The translations under genes and the position numbers were made by a program. Of a stretch of DNA of 64,000 nucleotides, positions 39,148 through 50,190 are shown piece by piece. The stretch is from Thalia democratica. Lineage: Eukaryota. Below the pieces are notes generated by a model. That model ran no database searches, was not told the DNA's origin, and worked only from the letters and a program-made list of their open reading frames with translations. The stretch covers positions 35,588,001 through 35,652,000 of the forward strand of contig OZ241828.1 in NCBI GenBank assembly GCA_965202585.1, in the 5' to 3' direction. The number at the start of each line of letters is the position of its first letter. Positions within the stretch are counted from its first letter, which is position 1.

Positions 39148-39780
39148 TTTTATTTTTAGTTCTGTCGGATTTTTTTTCTTCAGTTTCTGTCACGACTTCC
39201 TTGCTTCTACTTGGGCAGGTGAAGTTAGGCGGAGTAATTTTTGTTCCCGGACTGATTTGAACGCAGGTCTGATCTGTGAAGAAGCTCTCAGTTGAACTTG
39301 CTGACGCGTTGCTCACCGGTCTCCTCTTCCGGTCCACCATCCTGTTCACCGGACTCAACTTCAGTTTTGGCACCGAAGACTTGTTGAACTTGACAATTGG
39401 GCTCAACGTGGTTTCTTTCGTGTCGCTGTGCTTCATTGTGGAAACGTTGGAGTTGAACAAGCTCCTGTCGGTGTTCATTCGGCTCCTGGCTCTCTTGTTT
39501 ATCATGTAGGCGATCCCTGAATAGCTGATTGCAATGGCGATGTAGGGAAGAAAAAATCCAATGACCACGTCGACTGCAATCTTGTATATTTTCGTTTTGT
39601 ATTCGTAGTTTGGGGCACAAGTGTAGCTACTTTCAATTTGTTTAGTTCCATTACTCTTAATCCATTCCCCATAGTAGTACAACAACCCTTCATATTCATT
39701 TTCTCTGATATCTGGTACCTCGTCTTCTGTTGTTTTTATGAAAAGCTCATTAAATGCTAAAATTGTTTTTAACTACAGTT
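39148..39780 (-). CDS. GPCR B exon 6 (distal ECL2, TM5, ICL3); TAG near the 5' end unless the acceptor at 39757 is used
   Basis: ACTCAG|AA CTG TAG; alternative TTTTAG|CA TTT in the same phase; donor A|GTACGT. Confidence 0.7.
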
Positions 39781-41113
39781 CTGAGTGTTAGAAAATTAAT
39801 ATGATTAATACATATGTGTAATAATTTTTGTGTTGTATCTTGATTAAAACTTAAAAGTAAAAGTTATTATTAATAATCTTTAGTTTCTAAAGCTAAAATT
39901 AACTGCATTTTAAATACTGTTAAAAAATGTCAGTTTAAGTGCAACAAAGATTAAAAAACAAGATTTTATTTACAACAGCTTACGTTCAACTTTAAAAAAA
40001 ATAGCTAAATCTGTTAAACACGCTTTTTATGACAACTATTCATTCATAAGTTCTTAATCATTACACAACAACAAGATAAATATTATAAAGATGCACTAGC
40101 AATTCCACTTTAAAAAAGATACTGGAATCATATAAAAGTGTGCATAAACAAAAAACACATCTAACAAAACTATCTACTGAATTATGGATTAAAAAGACAT
40201 TAATAAAAATTAAGACACAAATAGGACATTATGAGCTGAACTATAGCAAAACTAACTTATAAAATTGGCTGTAAACTACACAATATATTTACTTCGACAA
40301 GTAGAAGCTGCAAAAAAATTACAAATCTAAAGCTTTAAACTAAGATTAGCGATGTAGAAAACAAATATTCAATGCAAAAACTAATCTTCCATCTACTCAA
40401 ACAACTAGAATTTACAAAACTAGAAATATGTGGATATTACATTGAATACTTTAAAATTTATTGAATTTTAGAAGGTGTTTTTTTTTTATGAAGACAAAAC
40501 AATATGAATTTACTTCTCTTATTTAAGTAACCCTCTTTTTTCAACGCATACATAAAGGGCACTAATTCTTTAGTTCAATAACTTTTAAAGAGTTTAATGT
40601 AATAGTCACTTGTTTGTAGTTTAGTGAATTTTAGTTGTTTGTTAAAATGGAAAATTAGTTTGCACTGAATATTTGTATTCTACAATATTTCATAATTACG
40701 TCATAGTTTTTTTTTGTTCTTTTCTATAACGTTTGTATTAATGTTTAGCAAAGTGCAAATAATTTCGAACCTACAGCTGATAATAAAAAATAATAATATA
40801 TTTTATTAAAAATATGTTCCGTATATTTTAAACTCGAACTTTCTTAATAAATTATTTAAAAGCCCTTAAAGTGGGTTTTGTGGAAGGTAATTTAGTTTAT
40901 TAATAATTTTATAATAGCTGTTTATCAGTTTATATTATTAAATATTAATATTTATATCTAGTATATATTAAATTAAGTATATATATATATATATCAATAT
41001 TAAATTTCTTTCAAGTTATAAATAAGTTTAGTGGCTATAAAAAATCATGGTTTTAATTATTTTAGAGGAAGAACGTCTAAATACTAACAAGAATTAGTTT
41101 GACTAAAACTAAC

Positions 41114-41364
41114 TATCATATTCACAAATGTCGTTTTTTAACTCTTCGCAAGAATAAACTGTTTTGACTTTATAATATGAATAAGCGATATCGCACATGA
41201 AGTTTGTGCAGTTAAAAGCAGATATGTTATATCCTGGAACGCTTTCTATATTAATGATATCAAGTTTATACTTAATTTTCCAATCAATTGCTTCTTTGAA
41301 AAGGAAATGGCAATCATTCCAATATTTCCACTCCGGTCCTTCGTTTCCAGTATGTTCGCTGAAA
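41114..41364 (-). CDS. GPCR B exon 5 (ECL2)
   Basis: Open 251 nt; donor GTTAGT. Confidence 0.78.
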
Positions 41365-41493
41365 CTAAAAAAAATTTTTTATAAGTGAACTATGTAAAGA
41401 CTACATACTTTTGTATCTAAGCTTGGAAATCAACAAAAACAATGTTTTTGCATAAAGATAAGTGAATACTAAAAAGCATATAAATTTTCTAAC

Positions 41494-41621
41494 AGTTTAT
41501 CATTATTTGAACCAATTTTTTGTTGATCCCCAAAACCAAGTTTTCCGTCAATGAAGCTCGGCAAAACACAAATAAAAGCAATTATCCACATCATTCCGCT
41601 TATAATGTATGTTAACTTTTT
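41494..41621 (-). CDS. GPCR B exon 4 (TM4)
   Basis: 128 nt, paralog of 20741-20868. Confidence 0.78.
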
Positions 41622-42455
41622 CTGTAAAAATTTAATTGTTACTATTGATAATTAATGTTATATTAGTCTTACGTATAACAAAACAATACTTAATTGATTT
41701 ATTCTATTCTAAATCTCTAATAGTAATTCTTTATAATAACAGTATAAATTTGAATTGGTTCTTGTCTTCAATATAAATGAGCAAAAATAACTTGGTTTAA
41801 ACAAATAGTAAGACAAAATTGTAAATATGTGAACGATGATATTCAAAATTTAGAAAAACTATATAAGTTCAAAGAATTTATTATATGTTGTTTTATACAA
41901 ATTTTTTTTTTGCTAACACACAATGTTAAATTCAAAACATAATCCGTAAAACGTAGTTTAAGCTGTTTTATTAAAATGCTTCTTTCAATTTGTGTGCCTA
42001 AATTTAAAAATAACGGGTTATTATACAAATTAACTTCTATAAGTTTTAAATAAAGATCTTTTAAAATAATTTCTTATAAATTATTTTATCAAATGTTTAT
42101 CAAAACGTTTGAAAATATTTAAATATTTTAAATTGTGCATTTTGATAACAGTAGTTAACAATTTCGAAAGAAAAATAATTAATATAAAACACAAAATTAT
42201 ATAAAGGAAGCTTTAAACTTTTGTTTTAGTCGAGCGAAAAAATGTTTAAAAAATAAAAATTATTAACAAAATATGCTTATAACATAAACTTTGTTTTCTT
42301 TAAAAACTATTTTTAGAAACTATATTATTTTTAAAAAATTATTCAAAACATTTACAAAAAATATAAAAAGTTAAACAAAACGATTTTTTATAATGAAGAA
42401 AATAATAACTGTTTTTTTTTTTTGCTGATAACCTATAAAAGTAATTAAAACTAAC

Positions 42456-42622
42456 GTTAAACTGATATCTTTGACATCTAATCGACTTCCAAACAGCTAC
42501 AAATCTTTCTACACTCATTGCAGCCAGTAGAAATATATTTATATAAAAGTGAAAATTGTATACCGTCACCACAGAGTTTATCAACTTCATATCGAAACTT
42601 GAATCAATTAGATCGCCTCCTT
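42456..42622 (-). CDS. GPCR B exon 3 (TM3, ERF)
   Basis: 167 nt; ORF track 42339-42590. Confidence 0.8.
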
Positions 42623-45360
42623 CTGTAGTAAGCGCTATTAAAAAAACTTTTGTTTGTTCATTAGATTCAAGCTTTTTTTTTTTTTTGAAATTAAAGTTAA
42701 GATTTTATAACATAAGTAATGTATTTTTTTTCTCTTATTTTGTTTTAAATTTATGATCAAAAATATAAGCCCACTACGTAAAATTTTCAAATCTTAATTT
42801 GTACTCTTTCTTTACTTATTTAGTCTATTAATACAAAAAAAAATTGTCTGAAATTTTTAAGTCAAATACTTTTTATGAGCTAATTAAATGTTTATACCTA
42901 ACGTATTAACACTATTTTAATAATTTGTACTTTGCAATTTGAATTCTTCGTTTGTGTCATTAAAAATTTTCCTTTATTGTCCTGATGGGTCTGCATATTA
43001 AAATTAAAAAAAAAAACTTAGTTTCCAACTTAAAATCGAAAGTTTTTTTGGAATTTATCAAATATTAAACCCGACATGTTTTAAAACTTTAAAATTTTAA
43101 CTTCACATAAAAGTTTTATAACATGTTAAGTGTTTTGAACCTGGCTTATTATAATCTTGTAATTGTGTTATTTCAAACAGTAAATGTTTTTTGTAAGTAA
43201 ATGCTTAAACATATTTTTCAAAGTGAATGTTATAAATACAGATTTTTTATCAATTTTTTCTACGTTATTAAAATTTAAATAATGATGTAATGTAAAAGTA
43301 ACACTGTCTTATTACTGAATGAATAAATATATATATAATAGTAGTTTAAATTTAACTTTCGAAAAGTTTAAATATCAATCAATGCCTAAAAAAAACTAAT
43401 AAAAATTTCAAAATAAAAAGTAAACACAAAATTTGACAATTAAAATTATAATAGCTCGAATTAATAAAGCTACTTTTGAAAGAAAGAAACATTAAAATTA
43501 TGCAACATTTTCCGGTTTACTTCAAGAGAATTATAACAAATATCAGGCTTACGTATGTTGCCTTGTATGTTTTTAGTAAATAAATTCGAAGAAAATTTTG
43601 ACGGCGGTAGCATACTACACACATAAACAACTGAGTATTGATTGTATAATATGACAAAATCAATAAATAGATCTAATGCTCACGAAGTTTTTGCTTGAAA
43701 GGAAAGCTACTTAACAATGCTGTTTAAACATTCTTTTATTACGACTAAAAACACACTAACTTACTTTTTCAATATTAGTTTAACCCTTGGTGAAATATAT
43801 TTTAAAACAACATGGGGTTTTGCCTACTTAAACAATCGATGTTTTTTGTCATGTTTAAACACTGTCAATCACCGTTAATTTAAATTAAGACCAATTATAC
43901 ACATACAATAATAATTGAATTTATTCTGTCATTAAACTGTGGCAAATCAGTGTAAACTTCTTTTAAATTTCACTTGTAACAGTCAGTTTACTTTTGATTT
44001 TTTTGAAGATTTAATTTAAAAATATTTTAATATTAATTATAAAAAAAGTAAATTCATTCAAAAATTTACTGAGCAGTTTTAAATGGTTTTTTTACAGTTT
44101 TTAAGTTGATCAAACGCATATTTTCTCGAAAGTACAAAAAATGTTTAATAATTTTGTAAACAAAAAAATAGAAAAGTTTTGAAATATAGTTAATGTTATT
44201 AATTATTTCGAAAAAGTTTTGAACTAAAAGCAATAAGAAACAAAAAGTAAAATGCTATAACTCTTAAAAAAATTAGAAACGTTTTTACCAAACATTATAT
44301 ATTTTTTTTTCATAAACATTATACACACTTATTATTTTAATAATTATATAAAAAGCAATTTGTATCAGCTATACAAAATAAGTAGGAAACAGTTTTCTAG
44401 GTTTAAAGTATTTAAAAAATATCTAAATTAACAACAACTTCTATTTCTATTCATATTTTAACTTTCCAAAATAAGAGTTATCTTTTTATTCACGTTTAAC
44501 AGATTTAAATACAAAAACTAATATAGATTTTAAAATAATTTTTGGTTACTTGACCTTTACACATACACAAATATCGATCTGAGAATAACTATATTTTTTA
44601 GTTTTAACTTTAAATTATCAACTGGTAGCCTAAATGTGAAAAAACAATGGCATGGGAGTAACTTTGTTTAGGGTTAGTTTTTTGATGAAACTTATATTTA
44701 AAATGTGTGAATCAAAACACATACGTTGTAATTATGCAACTAACGGGAATAAAAAAATTTATGATAAAACCTCATACCCAAAAGAAAATTTAAGTATTTA
44801 AGCAAAAATTAAAACTTGTGTTTAAAGAAAGTTAAAAATTTGTAGGCTATTTAAGTCTGAAAACTAACTAAAAATTTTAGTATAAAAACTATTAGATAAA
44901 AAAAATATTTTACGACAATCGTTTAATGTAAAAACCAAGTACTTCTATTTTTTTTTGCAAGAAGACATAAAAGTTAATAAAAGTTGTTTTTAAGATAAAA
45001 ACTGCACAGTATAATTTGTTCCATTGAAAGTTGTGTTAACAACAAGGCTAATTGATAAAATCAACTATCTAAAAATAAATTTTGATCTCGTTAATAGAAA
45101 ACTGAGAACTTAATTTTAATTAAAAATTAATTTTAAACTTATTAATATATTTCAAATCTAAATCTATCAGGACAATTAAAAATTGAATTTATATATTTTT
45201 AGCTATTTCATAGTAAAAGTTTTTAAAAGGTTTTTTTTGGTATAAACTAGTTTATTATAATCTAAAACAATTGATTTTAAAGCTTAATTCTCCCAAAACT
45301 AAAAAATTATAAGTTTATCTTTTTACTTATGATTTTGTTGTACTAACAATTCAAACGAAC

Positions 45361-45499
45361 CGTTTAATATCTTGTTTTTGTAGCTGAACTGGTTTATGTG
45401 ATAAATATTAAGTGAAGAAAACAATAACCACGTGATACAAACTAATACGTCAGTGATTGCAATTTGAATCATGTAAGATGCGTACACCGATCCTCGAAC
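45361..45499 (-). CDS. GPCR B exon 2 (TM2); first ATG in frame at 45470-45472
   Basis: 139 nt with only 3 differences from the copy A exon. Confidence 0.78.
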
Positions 45500-46104
45500 C
45501 TAACAACAGTTAATCAATTTCTTAGATCAATAATAGAAACTACTGCTCATTTAGTAGAGCTAAAGTTTTATTCATTAAAATTAACTTAGATTACAAAACA
45601 TTTCTTCTTAATCAAATAAAAAAATTCTAACTTTTATAGTAAAAAATTTAAAACTTATAACACTAGTGATAAAAGCTCTTAGGTTTTTTTAAATAAATAA
45701 GCACTACAAAACAAAGCAATCATATAAAAAAGCTAGTTGAACTATTTGTTATTGCTTGATAAATGAAGTTTAGAACTATCTTAGACATCACTTGTAAACT
45801 TTAAATCACTAATGATTAAAAAATATTTTTATATTCCATATATTTTATATTGCATGTATTAATCATAGTAAATTTGTTCAAAATTAACTAAGTTATTATG
45901 ATCTAGTTATTAGGAAAACTTATAATATTTCCGTCAAAAGATAATGATTTATACTATAATTAACTAATTTTTTTAAATAAACCTATAAAATTTGCCTTAT
46001 ACCAGCTTAAAATAAAATTGGTACCTGAAAATACAATTTAAAATTTCATTAGGAAAATCGAAGTTTTTATAAAATTTTCATTATTTAATAAAACAAGTCA
46101 ACAG

Positions 46105-46808
46105 GCGGGTTGAAGTTTATTGTTACTTGGTTTTAGTTTGCTTTTTAAAATAATCACTTATGATAAGGTTGCCCTTTCATATAAAGTTCGTTTTATATAA
46201 ACATCTGTGTAGTTTTATTTCTTTTTAGTTAAAGTTTTTTTGTAGTTTGCAATATTTCAAATTTTTTAAATAGCGTTTTTTCTACAAGTTGTGTAATATT
46301 TTTTTTTCTAAATACAAAAAATTCAAAGTTTCTTTAAAATTAAGTATTTAACATAATAACTTATATAAAATTTCGTGACAAAAATAGACCACTACTTGTT
46401 TTAAGAATGCCGTTAAGAGGATAGGCTAATTAAGATAGATTTTTAAATGAAAATTTAAACGCGAGTTGAAGTTTATTGTTACTTGGTTTCAGTTTGCTTT
46501 TAAAATAGTCACTTATGATAAGGTTGCCCTTTCTAGTTTATATAAAGTTCATTTTATAAAAATATTTATGTGGTTGTAGTTTTTTTTTTGTAGTTTGCAA
46601 TACTAAAATTTTTTTAAATAGCACTTTTTCTACAAGTTGTATAATAACTTATTTAATTTTTTGATTACAAACAGTTCAAAATTTCCTTAAAAATAATTTT
46701 TTTACATCAAAATTTATATAAAAATTCGTGACAAAAAAAGGCCACTACCTGTTTTCAGAATGCCATTAACAGGAAAGGCTAATTAAGATAGATTATTTAA
46801 ATGAAAAT
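46105..46808. repeat. Copy-B-specific ~350-bp tandem duplication in intron 1
   Basis: 46105-46452 and 46461-46808; single copy in A at ~25467-25818. Confidence 0.85.
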
Positions 46809-47100
46809 ACATGTAAATTTGTAATTTGACTTAAAAACATGCAATACTTTGTATTTAAGAAGTTATGTAAATCGAAAACGAACAAAGCTTAATTTTATTT
46901 TTATCAAAACAAACAAGATAGTTGTTAAAAGCAACTAAATACTTAAATATGTAAAAAAAATTAATAAAAAAGTGGTACGCCTGTTTCAAACAAACATTAA
47001 AAGTATAATTACACGATTTAATAACTATATATAAGACAAATATATAAAAATAAAGTTGTTTTTGACAAAAATAGTTGTTTTACTTACTAGTATAAAACTA

Positions 47101-47264
47101 GCCAGTATTTATTTCGGCCATCATCAACAAGTTGAGATGTTTTATGCCATTTATAATAAACAATGAACTTTACCGCAAGATCAACAACAACAGCATCCGA
47201 GACAATCCTACGACCGGTTTCGTCCTCATTAGGACTCATCAGGCAGGAATAGTCGCGAGTTTTC
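47101..47264 (-). mobile_element. ~165-bp Penelope-like/retrozyme-like insert replacing ~620 bp (A 26112-26733), including the ATG/TM1 exon
   Basis: Homology to A ends at TAGTATAAAACTA (47100) and resumes at ~47265 (AAATTAGTATTGTATGCTATCAC). Contains a hammerhead and AATAAA (minus, 47108-47113). Confidence 0.7.
47197..47258 (-). ncRNA. Minimal type I hammerhead ribozyme (predicted cleavage between 47212 and 47211)
   Basis: GAC UAU UCCUGC CUGAUGA GUCCU AAUG AGGAC GAAA CCGG UC / GUAGGA UU GUC: perfect core, 5-bp stem II, palindromic ACCGGU helix III, GUC triplet, 6+3-bp stem I. Confidence 0.92.
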
Positions 47265-48500
47265 AACTTAAATTAGTATTGTATGCTATCACAAAACAAA
47301 ATATGTATGCTTAATACTATTTTATCTACCTACCATGAGCAGCTTACTAAACTTAATTGATTTAAGTTTATTTTTTAATATTTTCCAAAATCTTAAGTAT
47401 GTTTTATGTATAAAAATAAATTAAAAGCGTTAAACTCTAGCTATATATTGCACAATTTAATGATTTTAAAAAGTTCAGTTTTGAAGTACACTTCTACAAT
47501 TCATTTCAAAATGTTTACTGAACTATTTTAAATAATAACATTGCTTGTAATATTCCTATAATAGTTTAAATTAGTCTTGATAGACATAAGGTAGTAAGAT
47601 AGACAAAACTCTATTTTTAGTTTCTGAAAGGTGTTAATAGAAATACTGCTGTTTTTTACGCTAATTAACAGCTGAAAAAATGATAAAGACTAAACTAATT
47701 CCTACATATGCATGTAAATAACATTTTGAAGTTATTTTCTAAAAGTAATAATTATGACGGTAACATTGTAACAAAATATGCCTTCCATTACTGAATGCCA
47801 TATGGCATACATCATCTATCATTAAGTTATTTACACATTTTTGTTTGCTCATGACATGTACAAATTAAAAAAGTCTCCCGACTTTCAACTTTTTTTTTTA
47901 AATGGATTTTTTTTTTCCAAAATTTTATCTGTCTGCAACTGTTTTTTTTAGTTAAGGTTTAGCTGTTTAAAAAAAAGGAATTTTTTAGTTTCAATTTCTA
48001 GTTTTTGTTCTATTTTATGTTTTTTTTTTGTTATTGTTATACTTTTTTTTATTTAATTTATAAACATACCAAGTATAAAACTATAAAAACATAAAATTTT
48101 GAAATTAATTTATATAATATAGTTTTATAAAAAACAGATGCAATGACAATGCCTTTAACTATAGTTTCTACAAAACTGTTGTACAAAACAAAACTTTTAT
48201 AACACAGTAAAATTTAAAACACCTGGTCGTTTTATATATTATTTAAAAAAAAGTCAAACAACATAATATAAATCAAACATAACCAGATACTTTACAAAGA
48301 AACTTTTATCAAATGTAGACCACATTGTAATGAAAAGCTACCTTTAATCACAACATAAATGCACACGACGTACATATATTATTCTACATTTATACTAAAG
48401 CTGCTACTTAACTTGAAGTGTAAAGCTCTTTTGACTTTGAACTTCATTAAAATTAGAAAAAATAACAAACAATCCATTGGCTTAAGTTTGTCATGTAGTA

Positions 48501-48599
48501 GAAAGTTTCAGTGAGCAAAACCTTCATCTTACATACCGCTGACCACTAACAATGCGCAAATGTCATATAAATTACAAATCGAATTTATATACAAACTTC
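48501..48599 (-). promoter_or_regulatory. Putative core promoter plus 5' UTR exon of GPCR B
   Basis: Identical to 27961-28059; donor at 48537/48536. Confidence 0.55.
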
Positions 48600-49189
48600 G
48601 TCGTTTCGATATAATTACTGTTTCTTTTTACTTTTTCTTCTCTCTTTTTGGAAGCGTGGTTGGATATCAGCACGATTTGAAATTTTCAGTATTGAAACTT
48701 TTTTGAGTAAGCTTAAATGCTGACAGGCGGAGATACTCAAGAAAAGTTGTAACTTTAAATGGGTTTTTGAAAAAAAGTTGAGTAAATTTCTTTCACTAGA
48801 TTGTTCTGTGAATTAAAACTTTTGTATTGAAGTTTTGTAACTAAAACTTGTAAAAAACTTTCAACTTGCTTAAAAGACTTAAATCATTTTACAATCCAGT
48901 TTAAATTGATAACTTAAACAAAGCACTATGAATTATTTAAATAAAAAAATATAAAGAAAAAATCAAATCTGTTTAGTTGTAGGACACATCTTTTGAAATA
49001 TCGTAAAAAATTTTCGGGCTATTAATGTAACGTATTGAGTTATCTAAGTTATTTTAATTAATAGCAACATAAATATATTGTCCATTATAAATCTACCAAG
49101 AGTTATTATCTTTCATTTAATACAAAATCATTTAATTTACCAAACAAGTTTGTACAAACACCTCTTAATATTTAAAATATTTGATATAC

Positions 49190-49360
49190 AAGCAACCTTA
49201 CCCAAAAACACGCGTGTCGCCAGTTCGCCTTGTAACCAGATTTTTTCACAAATTTCACGTAGAACGCATTTTTCAACAAATTCAATTTATAACACAAGTG
49301 GCGTTGAGAAAATTTCATAATTACAGTGTAGTAACGCTGCTTCACGCTGAAAACATCACT
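49190..49360. promoter_or_regulatory. Conserved upstream element of GPCR B
   Basis: Paralog of 28660-28830. Confidence 0.4.
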
Positions 49361-49856
49361 TTTTCAATTTATCCAAAAGTAAAAGCGTTTATCTTTTATT
49401 TCAATTTTTCTTTGAAAATTTTCAACTTACGATTTTCTATAAATTTTATCTAACCACAACCTTCCTTTTGCTTTAACATTATATAAATTTAACATTACTA
49501 AATAAAATCTTTTTGTTCTTCACTTTTATTTTCGAAACTACTAGTTTTAAGTTCTTTAATTTAAATATTATTTTACTTCGTTTGAAGTGATCAATTTATA
49601 AAAGTTTAAATGTTATTGTAAGCATTAGCAATATAACTAACTTTAAAACTAGAATATAAAAAGTTATAATTGAAAAACCGACCGTTCATCAATTAATGAT
49701 TGAAAATATAAAACTGTTTTTACTATTATTTTTCAGAAACAAATTTTAGTAATACTTATTTTGTTGTTAAAGTATTTATAAACTTTTTCTTTGCTGTTTT
49801 AGTTCATTATGTTCTTTTCACAATGAAACGATTTAGGAAAAGTTTTGCGGCCTGCG

Positions 49857-50190
49857 TAATATTATTGTTATCTAAACTTTGGCCGACCACAAATTTTTGA
49901 ACATTCCAATGTTATAAGAATATTTAAAAAACAAAATTTTTTCTAGGTATTTAAGCCATTTTTTTGAAAATTGTTCTGAAAAAGTTTTAATTACTCTATT
50001 CAAAAACTAAGATTGTAAATAGGAAATAGAATTAATTAATTAGTTAAGATTTTAAGTAAGAAAAATATTTAATCATCTTTTTTTATATTCATAGACCATT
50101 TTGATAAAGTAAAATAATAAAAAGAAAATACAGTTTCCGTTGTTTTTTATTTTTAGTTATATTTCTAAGTTCTATGCTATAAAAAGCAAA
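49857..50190. other. ~335-bp insertion in the B-C spacer that is absent from the A-B spacer
   Basis: A reads GCGGCCTGCG|TTTTTGATT (29340); here unrelated sequence intervenes. No clear TSD. Confidence 0.55.

Larger units (their letters stand above)
36566..45499 (-). pseudogene. GPCR copy B: lacks coding exon 1 (ATG+TM1) and has TAG at 39773-39775; pseudogene or truncated 6TM receptor
   Basis: Exons 45499-45361, 42622-42456, 41621-41494, 41364-41114, 39780(or 39756)-39148, 38590-38448, 36928-36566 have the same lengths as in A and are otherwise open. Confidence 0.75.

Noticed and set aside
39288-39620. 110-aa alternative-frame ORF and the 63-65-aa ORFs at 18660, 39502 and 59706
   Set aside because: They overlap GC-rich exon 6 in other frames; the 110-aa frame is not reported at that length in A or C.
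47106-47130. UUGAUGAUGGCCGAAAUA as a second hammerhead in the B insert
   Set aside because: U3 and G8 do not form the required Watson-Crick pair, and there is no stem II or helix III; at most a collapsed remnant.
47132-47314. 60-aa plus ORF across the insert
   Set aside because: Spans the insertion junction; the sequence is better explained as the antisense of the hammerhead.
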